Shown: positions 53,199-61,327 of the stretch, in pieces | Layout: each line of letters begins with the position of its first letter | How positions within the stretch are numbered: the first letter of the stretch is position 1 | DNA from: a virus | Length of the DNA: 64,000 nt | Strand: one strand, 5' to 3' | Virus record (IMG/VR): IMGVR_UViG_3300032298_001038 | Location: 1 to 64,000 of that record | The notes under the pieces: model-generated | What the model was told of the DNA's origin: nothing | Database searches by the model: none | The model's input: only the letters and a program-made list of their open reading frames with translations | Made by a program: the position numbers and the translations under genes

Positions 53199-55904
53199 TT
53201 ACATCACGCGGGCGCCCATTGTGGAGTTGAAGTTCGTGGGGCCTTGGCTCAGTCCGGCCGCGGGAGACGCCGACGGCATCGGCCCGGGCGCCGGAGACTG
53301 GACCGGCATCGAGTTCTGTAATGCAGGCGCCGGAGGGACACTGGCGCCCATTGTCGCGCTGGCATCCGCCGGGCCTTGCGGAATTACCGGCGATTGCGGT
53401 GCAGGATTCTTCGCGGCTTCAGCCTTGGCGGCCTCGACCAAGTCAGGCTGCATTGTCGCGTCGGTTGAAATACCCTTTTCAGGAGACCCGGCGCCTTGCT
53501 GTTTCGAGGCCAGATGCGCCTCTAACAGCGCACGAATCTTATCGCCGCCGAAGTAGCCAGCCGCACCGCCAGCCGCCCCGCCGACGGCCGCGCCACCAGC
53601 CAAGCCACGCAGCGCGCCCATCAAACGAGACCGACGCTTACGCCGGCCAGTCATCGGGTCTGTTTCGTGTCCCGGAGCCAGCGCGCCAAACAACGCACCG
53701 CCAGCGCCGAGCGCGGCGGCACCCGCACCTGCACCAAGGCCAGCGTCGCCCAAGTTGGCTGTCTTTACTTCAGGCTTTTTCTTCTTGGCGTCGTTCTTGC
53801 CAGCACGGCTTCCCAGATACGCGGCGCCACCAAGGAGACCTGCTGTTCCCAGACCAGCCGCAGCATACGGCGTGTACTTCGAGTTCATGATCTGCTGGAG
53901 CATTCCCGGCTCATCGCGCAGCGCCATATTTCCCAGCGCGCCAAACAACGCACCGCCAGCACCAGCAGCGCCTACGCCGCCTGTGATCTTGGCCCATTGC
54001 GGCAGCGCGTTCAGGCCTTCAGCAGCCCGACCGGCGTAACCCTTCGCGGCGTCTAACCCAGTGGTTGCAGCGCCAGAAGCGTTACGCCCCAGCCGTTGCA
54101 GCCGCGCCATCATGCGGAGATACGTGCTGATGGCCTGCTTTTCCATCGGATTGTTCGTGGCCTTCGTCAACGCGTACCAGTTCATACTTGCAGCCTTGGG
54201 CATCTCGTAGTCTCCTTCGTCTTCTTCACGTTGCGGGCGCTTCTTTTTCTTGTTACGGCGCGATAAATAATCAGCCAACGCAATGGCACCCAAACCACCG
54301 GCGCCAATCGCCGCATAGGGAGCGTAGGGCTTAAGTTGGTCGAGCATGGACGGCGGCGGGGGAGCGTCGGGCTTGAGCCACTTGAGCAAGTTACTGCCCG
54401 CGCCCATGCCAGCCCCCACAGCGTCCTGACCCTTCTGGCCAATGAAACTCAGCGCACTGCCGATGCCCTTACCGGCACCGATGCCCATGCGCTTGGCGGT
54501 ATCGAGGTTCTTGTTGAAGTACTCCCAATACACCTTGTCGTTCAGTTTTTCTTCCGCCGAACGGGGCCGAGAGACAGCCCCAGTGCCAGACGACGCCGAC
54601 ATGTCGGGGATCATCGCCGGCGGACGCCACTTGCCGCCGCCACTTGCAGCCGGAGCACCAGCAGGAGCCGGCGCATCAGCCATGTTGATTGGCAGGCCAG
54701 TCGTGGGCGAGATCGGCATGCTGGCGCTCGACGGGTCAAAGCCCGGAGGCGCGCTCATGGCCAGACCGGGCGAGGGCGGAATGCTTGCGCCCATCGTGGC
54801 ACTGGTGTTCAAGTCAGCATGCTTCTTGAGCAGTTCAGCGTAAGCCGCCATCTTCTCGGCCAGCGTCAGCGTTGTGTTATTTAAAAGCGCGTGGGCTTCC
54901 TTCTTTTTCGTCGCAGGAATGTTACCGTCTTCGTCTTCTGCCGGACCCACAAGCGCGTCGGCTAACGCTTTGCCGCCAGCGTGACCAGCCATGCCGCCGA
55001 ACGTGCCACCCACGCCGGCGCCCAGCGTCGCAGCATTACCGACGTTCGACAAACCTTGGTAACTCTTCGGCGCGCCGGTCAGGCCGATGACGGCGCCGCC
55101 ACCAAGACCAGCACCCACGGGAAGTCCGGCGCCAATGCCGAGTCCAGTTCCGGCGCCCATGAGCATTCCGCGGGCCATGCCGCGCAGTTTGTTCTTGGAG
55201 GTAACCGCGCCAGCAGCACCACCCACTGCGCTCCCGAGAACGCCAGTGCGCAAAAGGTAATTCAGCAGCAATTGGGTTTCGGGTTTCATCGCCTGCTTCT
55301 CGTTCTCGCTCATGGAAACATCCTTGTTAATACTCGATGATTTGTGTCGTTCATTATAGCGGGCACGTGCATCCGCCATATCAGAAGTTCGCTTACTAAA
55401 ACGTTCCGTGGGCCTGTAATATCTGGCCCGCGCGGTGGCTACGATCTTGTTGTTATCCCAGCCCAGAAAGTCGGCTTGGTACTGCGGGTCGGCTTCTAAG
55501 TCTCGCTTCGCGGCGCCCTCGGGCATTCTCCGCATGAGTTCTTCTAAACCTTCGTTCTTGGCTTCTCGGTCCATGCCGGCTGCAATGGCGGCCAAGCCAC
55601 CGGCGCCCAAGCCGCCGATCAGCGCGCCCATTCCCGAGTAACCTTTGCCGTCTGAACCGTGTGCAGTACCACCGATTGCGCTGCCGATTCCAGCCCCAAG
55701 TAACCCCGCCGGCACGCCAAAGATCAGGCCAGTCTTCAGGGGGCTGGCCATGAGGTCGGGAATCGGCGTCCCGTAACTCTGGAAGATGCGCGGCAGCCAG
55801 CGTTTCTTGCCGGCTTCCAGTGCGTCCTCCTCGTGGGGCGCTAACGTTCGGTGCGCCGAGATGTCAGGAATACCGCTCTCGGCACGTTTAATTTTCTCAC
55901 TCAT
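53199..55904 (-). CDS. Large modular Gly-zipper polyprotein (Cys-free)
   Basis: At least 6 K-x-A sites separating hydrophobic GxxxG modules; repeated SATMGASxPP motif. Confidence 0.7.
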   Translation of the reverse strand: MSEKIKRAESGIPDISAHRTLAPHEEDALEAGKKRWLPRIFQSYGTPIPDLMASPLKTGLIFGVPAGLLGAGIGSAIGGTAHGSDGKGYSGMGALIGGLGAGGLAAIAAGMDREAKNEGLEELMRRMPEGAAKRDLEADPQYQADFLGWDNNKIVATARARYYRPTERFSKRTSDMADARARYNERHKSSSINKDVSMSENEKQAMKPETQLLLNYLLRTGVLGSAVGGAAGAVTSKNKLRGMARGMLMGAGTGLGIGAGLPVGAGLGGGAVIGLTGAPKSYQGLSNVGNAATLGAGVGGTFGGMAGHAGGKALADALVGPAEDEDGNIPATKKKEAHALLNNTTLTLAEKMAAYAELLKKHADLNTSATMGASIPPSPGLAMSAPPGFDPSSASMPISPTTGLPINMADAPAPAGAPAASGGGKWRPPAMIPDMSASSGTGAVSRPRSAEEKLNDKVYWEYFNKNLDTAKRMGIGAGKGIGSALSFIGQKGQDAVGAGMGAGSNLLKWLKPDAPPPPSMLDQLKPYAPYAAIGAGGLGAIALADYLSRRNKKKKRPQREEDEGDYEMPKAASMNWYALTKATNNPMEKQAISTYLRMMARLQRLGRNASGAATTGLDAAKGYAGRAAEGLNALPQWAKITGGVGAAGAGGALFGALGNMALRDEPGMLQQIMNSKYTPYAAAGLGTAGLLGGAAYLGSRAGKNDAKKKKPEVKTANLGDAGLGAGAGAAALGAGGALFGALAPGHETDPMTGRRKRRSRLMGALRGLAGGAAVGGAAGGAAGYFGGDKIRALLEAHLASKQQGAGSPEKGISTDATMQPDLVEAAKAEAAKNPAPQSPVIPQGPADASATMGASVPPAPALQNSMPVQSPAPGPMPSASPAAGLSQGPTNFNSTMGARVM

Positions 55905-55952
55905 GTGTGCGCCGTCCGTGGCTGCAAGACCGAAGAAAGTCCGGCGGGAAGA

Positions 55953-56348
55953 CTAGCCCTTGCCGAACAAGAATTTATCGATCTCTGGATTATAACGCGA
56001 GACCACTTGGCCCGCATAGTTCGCTAAAGCACCCGTGCCGGCGCCAATACTTCCCTGCTGGAGCGCCCCAAGCCACGGTTTAATTTTCTTCTTGGAGATC
56101 ACGCGGCCTTCGTCGTCCAAGGTCTCGTTATACCCGGGAAACATGTAGCCCTTCACGCTGCCGATTGTGCCGCCCACGCCCGCCGCAATCAGGGCTTGGC
56201 GGAGAGATTTATAGTCCGCGGGAAGCCGGGCCGCGCCTTCGTTATCGAACAAGCCGGCCAAGATGCGCGGCGCGTCAAACGGTGACAGGCTGGCGACCTT
56301 TTCGCCGAACAACCGGGCCGCATTTTTTTTGCTATCAGAAGCCAGCAT
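55953..56348 (-). CDS. Gly-zipper hairpin protein
   Basis: ARLFGEKVA leader; PG...DDEG..K hairpin loop. Confidence 0.65.
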   Translation of the reverse strand: MLASDSKKNAARLFGEKVASLSPFDAPRILAGLFDNEGAARLPADYKSLRQALIAAGVGGTIGSVKGYMFPGYNETLDDEGRVISKKKIKPWLGALQQGSIGAGTGALANYAGQVVSRYNPEIDKFLFGKG

Positions 56349-56353
56349 AGTGA

Positions 56354-56986
56354 TTACATTCCGGCCGCGCGGCGAAGGGCGTCAAACTGGTCCCACGAAT
56401 CAGTCAGGCCCTTCCACTCGGCGGGGTTTAAGTCGCTGAACCCCACGGGCTTGACGCGCGGGACTTTCAATGTGCCCTCGGCCATGCGTTGGGCGCCGAT
56501 CGAGTTCGTAACAAGTTCTTTAATCTTGTTGCCTTGCTGGCCAAAAAACTTGCTCACGTCACCGAAAGATTCGGGGTTTATAGTCCGTGCGGCCGTGTCG
56601 CCGATCGTCCGCAGGCTATTGCGCGTATGGTTGGCGACGTAGCGCGCAGCATCAGCGCCAGCGCCGGTAGCGTTCTGGAAGCCGCCATGGACAGCCTGCA
56701 CAGCCTCGTCGGCTTGGCTTCCAATCTGGCCCAGATACTTCGTGGCAAGGTCTTTGATCTTGGACTGGTTTACGGCCTTCGCAGCCGCGGTCATGCTAAA
56801 CGGCACAGGCATTGGAGGTGGCGGCCTGCGCATCATCTTCGCAACACCGCCGAATGCTTTCCCCAGCGCCGGAGCAGCCCGAGCAGCCATCGCCAACGGA
56901 TTCGCCTGCTTCTCGGTCGTACTCACAGTGTTAGCCACATACTCGCCGAACATGTGGGCCGCGGTTTTGTTATCAAAGGCCATCAC
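56354..56986 (-). CDS. Ala-rich Cys-free protein with K-x-A sites
   Basis: NKTAAHMFGEYVA; EKQA. Confidence 0.65.
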   Translation of the reverse strand: MMAFDNKTAAHMFGEYVANTVSTTEKQANPLAMAARAAPALGKAFGGVAKMMRRPPPPMPVPFSMTAAAKAVNQSKIKDLATKYLGQIGSQADEAVQAVHGGFQNATGAGADAARYVANHTRNSLRTIGDTAARTINPESFGDVSKFFGQQGNKIKELVTNSIGAQRMAEGTLKVPRVKPVGFSDLNPAEWKGLTDSWDQFDALRRAAGM

Positions 56987-57063
56987 TTGAATTCCTTGAA
57001 GTTGACGTGCTGCCTAATTGGCATCTGGCTTTGCTTTGTGCCAATTAGGCAGATGAGATTTAG

Positions 57064-58803
57064 TTATTTGGGGCCGGGAAAAAGGGACTGCCCAACAGCG
57101 CCACGAGTGCCGCCAAGCAGGGCTGAACGCACAGTGGGCGCGCCGCCACCAGCAGCCGGCGTCACATTAGTTTGGCCGCGGCCCATGAGTTGGTTCATCG
57201 CTGTCGTGCCTCGTTGCACGCGCTGCTGGTACGCCTGTGTCTGCTGCGGGCCGACGAGGTTCCCTAACTGCACGCGCGGGTCATTGGGGTTGGTAGTCGG
57301 CCCCAGAGCAAACGGCGCCGCGGCCAACTTCAGGCCGAACTCCATCGCGCTGGAGCACTTGCAGTTCCACTTGCGCAGGGACTTGTTAATCCGCGAATCA
57401 GGGTCGGACTTCGTCTTGGCGCCGGTGTTCACGCGCTTCATGCCGCACATGCGTGAGCAGAACGAATTCTGGCGCTTCTTCGCCTCGCCCTTGGGGTTCT
57501 TCTGGGTCACAGGAGCCTTGAGATTCCCACCGTGCTCGCGCTCGTAACTCTTGCGCCCCTTCTCGTTCAGGCCGCCTGCTTCGTTCTTGCCCTCACTTCT
57601 TTGCCATGCCGGCGTGCCTGCTTCCTTCTCGCTCTTGCTCTCGTCTTTCTTCTTCTTCTTTTTGCCGCTTCCTACGGGCCGGCAGGAGTCTTCGCTAAAG
57701 GGTTTCTTGCCCGGCACCGGCTCGTATCCAGCCCAGCAACGCGCGATCTTCATGACATATTCAGCGCTGTACTTTTCCATCACGGCGACTTTCTTTTCAG
57801 AGGGTTTGTAGCACGACCCGCCCGGCTTTCGGCACGAGCAGGACTGGGAGCATTTGCAGGTCTGGACCGTATCGCCGCAGCCACACGAGCAGGGCATATG
57901 CTTGTCAGTTTTGCTATCAGAACTCGCGGCTTTACGCCCGGCAAGTTCTTCTTCAAACTCTTCGCTGTAATAGTCTACATCCAGCGGGTCGACAGTGTTA
58001 AGGTCCATGAGTTTGGTCAGGGCTTCGCTGCGGGTGGCGTGTTTTATTACTTCAGCCGTCTTGGAACTGTCGGGGCTATTCTTGGCGCCGAACGCTGCAT
58101 TCCCGTTGATTACCCCTGTCGTCGAGAGCGCGCCGAACGCATTAATCGGGTTGAATTGTGGATGCGACCCGCCACCGACAGGTCGCGTGGGATACTGGTT
58201 ATTGGGCTGAGATTGCTGGGATTGCGCCGGTGCTTGGGCCAGTCCCATCGGCGGGAGAATATTAACACCCCCGACAGGGTATTGTTTAATTCCGCGGTTT
58301 CGGCCAATTCTGCGCGCCACACGTCCCTCGCGCTCAGCCCTCATGTTCTCCAGCGTTTGTTCAATATGCGGCGACAGGACCACAGAAAGTTTCGTCAGCA
58401 AATCATTTATAGCGTTTTTGGGTTTATCCCCACACCCTTCGCCCACGTTCATGCCTGTAGGAATCTCGCTTGAAATCTGTCCTTTTGCGCGCTCTTCCCC
58501 TGCATAAACCGGCTTGGAACTGTGGGGGATGTCTACGCGTTCTTGCTTGGAATCAGCGGTCTTATCAGTTTTGCTCATGGTAGTATTAGCAATATCGATA
58601 CGGCTAGACTTACAATTATTCACATATCTGTTAACAAAAGTTAAAGCAGCCGTATATGCGCTTTTCTCCGTAGTATCGTCTTTGGCTTTATTTGCGTACA
58701 TCGGGAGTTTCTTTTTGGTGGGATACTCGTGTGCCCAGCGCTTGGCTATCTCAGGATGTTCGGCCCAGAGAAACCGGCGTTGTTTTTCTGACTTAAAGGG
58801 CAT
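57064..58803 (-). CDS. Mosaic polyprotein of mini-modules (MPFKS, metallothionein-like, CWxGY, DUF6321-like)
   Basis: Each module is bounded by K-x-A (EKSA, DKTA, SKTA, RKAA, KKVA, MKIA, EKEA, LKLA). Confidence 0.7.
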   Translation of the reverse strand: MPFKSEKQRRFLWAEHPEIAKRWAHEYPTKKKLPMYANKAKDDTTEKSAYTAALTFVNRYVNNCKSSRIDIANTTMSKTDKTADSKQERVDIPHSSKPVYAGEERAKGQISSEIPTGMNVGEGCGDKPKNAINDLLTKLSVVLSPHIEQTLENMRAEREGRVARRIGRNRGIKQYPVGGVNILPPMGLAQAPAQSQQSQPNNQYPTRPVGGGSHPQFNPINAFGALSTTGVINGNAAFGAKNSPDSSKTAEVIKHATRSEALTKLMDLNTVDPLDVDYYSEEFEEELAGRKAASSDSKTDKHMPCSCGCGDTVQTCKCSQSCSCRKPGGSCYKPSEKKVAVMEKYSAEYVMKIARCWAGYEPVPGKKPFSEDSCRPVGSGKKKKKKDESKSEKEAGTPAWQRSEGKNEAGGLNEKGRKSYEREHGGNLKAPVTQKNPKGEAKKRQNSFCSRMCGMKRVNTGAKTKSDPDSRINKSLRKWNCKCSSAMEFGLKLAAAPFALGPTTNPNDPRVQLGNLVGPQQTQAYQQRVQRGTTAMNQLMGRGQTNVTPAAGGGAPTVRSALLGGTRGAVGQSLFPGPK

Positions 58804-58997
58804 GCGGTTATCCCGTCGTATGTCCACCAGAAATGCAATGTACACCCGGGCAGTGTATATGCGCCAACGAGTGTAGCGTCAGCCGGTAGAGAAATATGCT
58901 GTTTTTCCCAAGCATGGATGTATCGGGTATTTTCGCAAAAGTGGGCTGAGAGGTAAAGGGCTTTGTTATTTATGTCGGGAACAGGGGATATGCGCTC

Positions 58998-59059
58998 TGA
59001 TATCTAAAAGAAACACGCGGTGGTCCGGGTGATTAGGCCCGGACTACCTGTGTTCCTTT
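58998..59059 (-). other. Two-tier hairpin + TTTAGATATCA element (no full promoter)
   Basis: Inner GTCCGGG/CCCGGAC and outer imperfect stem; GCATAT 4 nt downstream. Confidence 0.65.
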
Positions 59060-59060
59060 T

Positions 59061-59103
59061 AAAGGTACGCTGGTCAGGCCTAAAGCCCGACCGCGTACCT
59101 TTT
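59061..59103 (-). terminator. Long hairpin after first early gene
   Basis: AAAGGTACGC-GGTCGGGC / GCCTGACC-GCGTACCTTT. Confidence 0.55.
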
Positions 59104-59106
59104 TTG

Positions 59107-59742
59107 TTACAGCCCGACGAGGAAGCCCTGAGCGGCAGCCAGCAGGGGTTCGTGGGAAATCTCGTCCAGATGGTGCATTGCCTGAATCTGCATTTGCACT
59201 CCCATCTGCCGGAAGAACGAATGCCAGAAGCCGCCCGTGATGGGGTTCTTCGGCATGGCTTTCCCGACCGTCTCAATGAACAGGCCGGCGAGTTTGACCC
59301 TCACCGCCTGCTCGTCCATCGACAGGTCGTTCCAGCCCGTCATGTTCCCGATAGCATTGGCGAACTTGATGTGCGCCAAGTCGCCGTCGCCACTGTCCTG
59401 TTCTTCAGCCTCCATCAACGGCGCACGGTTGATGGTGGTGTGGGTCTCAGCCGCGGGAGCCTTGTTCGCCCACGCAGTCGCAATCACTGAGACAGCGACG
59501 GCGAGTAGCACGAACGGCACGAAACCCTTCACGCGGTCCGGGGCCGAGCGGCAGACGGCACACCCGGCCATCCACAGAAAGCACGCCGCACCGAACGCGC
59601 CGAGCGCCATGACCACGTAGGACACGGCGACTTGTGCCGGAGTGCTCGCCGTCAGAAAGCACTCCTGATAAAACCCCACCACGCCATACCCGAGCATGAA
59701 GCCTCCGAGGGTACGCATGGCGGCAACAATCGTGTTCTTCAT
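59107..59742 (-). CDS. Early multi-TM protein
   Basis: Three TM helices plus a soluble C-terminal domain; SD GGAG. Confidence 0.65.
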   Translation of the reverse strand: MKNTIVAAMRTLGGFMLGYGVVGFYQECFLTASTPAQVAVSYVVMALGAFGAACFLWMAGCAVCRSAPDRVKGFVPFVLLAVAVSVIATAWANKAPAAETHTTINRAPLMEAEEQDSGDGDLAHIKFANAIGNMTGWNDLSMDEQAVRVKLAGLFIETVGKAMPKNPITGGFWHSFFRQMGVQMQIQAMHHLDEISHEPLLAAAQGFLVGL

Positions 59743-59763
59743 GATAGAACTCCATTGTTAGGG

Positions 59764-59831
59764 AAGCGTACGAACCCCAACACGACTACCCCACCCTTAT
59801 TAACCCTGTGTTAACAAGAGACGGTACGCTT
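59764..59831 (-). ncRNA. Structured 5' leader motif, copy 1
   Basis: P1 AAGCGTAC/GTACGCTT; P2 CTTGTTAAC/GTTAATAAG. Confidence 0.6.
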
Positions 59832-59836
59832 ATTAG

Positions 59837-59864
59837 ATATGCCCGTATATGCGCAAATATTAAG
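59837..59864 (-). promoter_or_regulatory. Promoter-like motif CTTAATA-N15-GCATAT
   Basis: One mismatch, 15-nt spacer. Confidence 0.75.
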
Positions 59865-59872
59865 TCGGGCTT

Positions 59873-59923
59873 TGATATCTAAAAACAAGCGCCCAACCCC
59901 GGGGGCGCTTGTGGCCCCCGGGG
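59873..59923 (-). terminator. Hairpin + TTTTAGATATCA element
   Basis: ACAAGCGCCC/GGGCGCTTGT + T-tract, with an alternative CCCCGGGGG stem. Confidence 0.65.
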
Positions 59924-59936
59924 ACAGACACCACGA

Positions 59937-60356
59937 CTACTCGTCGACGGGGCGCAGGTGCGAGTCCTGCGTCCGGGCGTAGTTCCACACGGCGTAGATC
60001 ACGTCGCGCACGGCGACGGTGCCCATCGCCACGCCCTTGAGGCGGTCGCGGCCGAGGAAGCGCGTGAGGCGCTTCGAAAAGGCCTCACCGCCCACCTGCA
60101 TGTCGCAGGCGAGGAGCAGTTCGAGGTCGGCCCGCGCCGCCTTCTCGGCGAGCAGGTCCCTGCACTGCTCGTCCGACATCGGCCCGTGCTCAGCGCGCAA
60201 GGCGTTGAAGCGCTCCTGCTCAGCCTTGAGGGCGAGCAGGCGAGCGGCGTGGTCCTGCTCGTTCTTGCGCTTCTTCTCAATCTGCGCGGCGGTCTTCGGC
60301 CGCTTGGTCTTGGTCGCCGTCGTGCCGTCCTTCTTGCCCTTGGTGTCCTTGGACAT
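59937..60356 (-). CDS. Lys/Arg-rich early protein
   Basis: Start MSKDTK, SD AGGAG; very high GC3. Confidence 0.65.
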   Translation of the reverse strand: MSKDTKGKKDGTTATKTKRPKTAAQIEKKRKNEQDHAARLLALKAEQERFNALRAEHGPMSDEQCRDLLAEKAARADLELLLACDMQVGGEAFSKRLTRFLGRDRLKGVAMGTVAVRDVIYAVWNYARTQDSHLRPVDE

Positions 60357-60382
60357 GATCACGTCTCCTACCCCGTCGGTGC

Positions 60383-60452
60383 AAGCGTACGAATCACCGA
60401 TGACAACCAACCCACTGTTATTAACCCTGTGTTAACAACAATCGGTACGCTT
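60383..60452 (-). ncRNA. Structured 5' leader motif, copy 2
   Basis: Same P1; P2 with a compensatory G-C for C-G change. Confidence 0.6.
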
Positions 60453-60457
60453 AATTA

Positions 60458-60485
60458 ATATGCCCGCATACGCGCAGATATTTAG
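60458..60485 (-). promoter_or_regulatory. Promoter-like motif CTAAATA-N15-GCATAT
   Basis: Exact. Confidence 0.8.
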
Positions 60486-60493
60486 TTGGGCTT

Positions 60494-60550
60494 TGATATC
60501 TAAAAAGCAGGCACAGCGGGCGGGCTTGCGCCCGCCACACCATGCCTGCT
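60494..60550 (-). terminator. Two-tier hairpin + TTTTAGATATCA
   Basis: AGCAGGCA/TGCCTGCT outer and GGCGGGC/GCCCGCC inner stems. Confidence 0.65.
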
Positions 60551-60596
60551 TCGTCGCGGGGTAGGGCGCACGATCGACGCGCCCTACCCCGCTCAC

Positions 60597-61178
60597 TCAC
60601 AGCGTGAGCGCGGCAGCCGGGGTGCGGCTGGCCGGCGCCTCGCGCAGGCCGACGTAGGCCAGCGTGAACGCGAGCGCCGCGATGACCGCGATCCACAGCA
60701 TGCCGACCACGCTGGCGCTGCCCGGCGCACCGGTGCAGACCCAAGCGCCGCCGCCGATGCTCACGTACTCGTTGCCACTGAGCGTGGCGGTCGAGTACAG
60801 GAACCCGGGCTGCACGTCAGCACCCACGGTGCGAACGATCACCGCGTCGCTGGTGGCGCCGAGGACACCACCGTCACGGCTGTCCCACGCCACGTTGGAC
60901 GTGGTGAACTCCGAGGCCGGCGGGGCGACGACCGCCACCACACCAGCCAGCGCCACGAAGGCAACGACCGGGGTGACGATGGACGCCACGATCCGAGGGC
61001 TGCGCTTCGGGGTGCTGCGGAGCGTGTTCGCCGCGGCGTCGCCCGCCGTGTTGAACACCTTGACGACCTGCTCCTTGGTCGTACCCGCCTTGACGACGTT
61101 CTCGACCTTGTTGAACAGGTGCGAGACGCCGTACAGGATAACCGCGGCGGTGGCGGCGAGGGCAATGTAACTGATCAT
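60597..61178 (-). CDS. Early three-TM protein
   Basis: Hydrophobic helices; SD AAGGAG inside a hairpin. Confidence 0.65.
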   Translation of the reverse strand: MISYIALAATAAVILYGVSHLFNKVENVVKAGTTKEQVVKVFNTAGDAAANTLRSTPKRSPRIVASIVTPVVAFVALAGVVAVVAPPASEFTTSNVAWDSRDGGVLGATSDAVIVRTVGADVQPGFLYSTATLSGNEYVSIGGGAWVCTGAPGSASVVGMLWIAVIAALAFTLAYVGLREAPASRTPAAALTL

Positions 61179-61255
61179 AGAACTGACTCCTTCGAAGGAG
61201 GACTACCAACCAGCCACAGAAACGGTGTGGCGCCGTCGCCCCGCGACAGGGCAAG

Positions 61256-61327
61256 TCTGTTCCTCACGAGTTGAACGTGAGACCACCGGAGATGTGGGGT
61301 GGTGGTTGCCGCCTACGGCAGAACAGA
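61256..61327 (-). ncRNA. 72-nt tRNA-like perfect four-way junction in promoter-proximal leader
   Basis: 7-bp closing stem, three hairpins, T-loop TTCAACT, no canonical anticodon loop. Confidence 0.7.

Noticed and set aside
61256-61327. Canonical tRNA gene
   Set aside because: No U8/9 linker, 13-nt loop instead of a 7-nt anticodon loop, no variable loop; kept only as tRNA-like.
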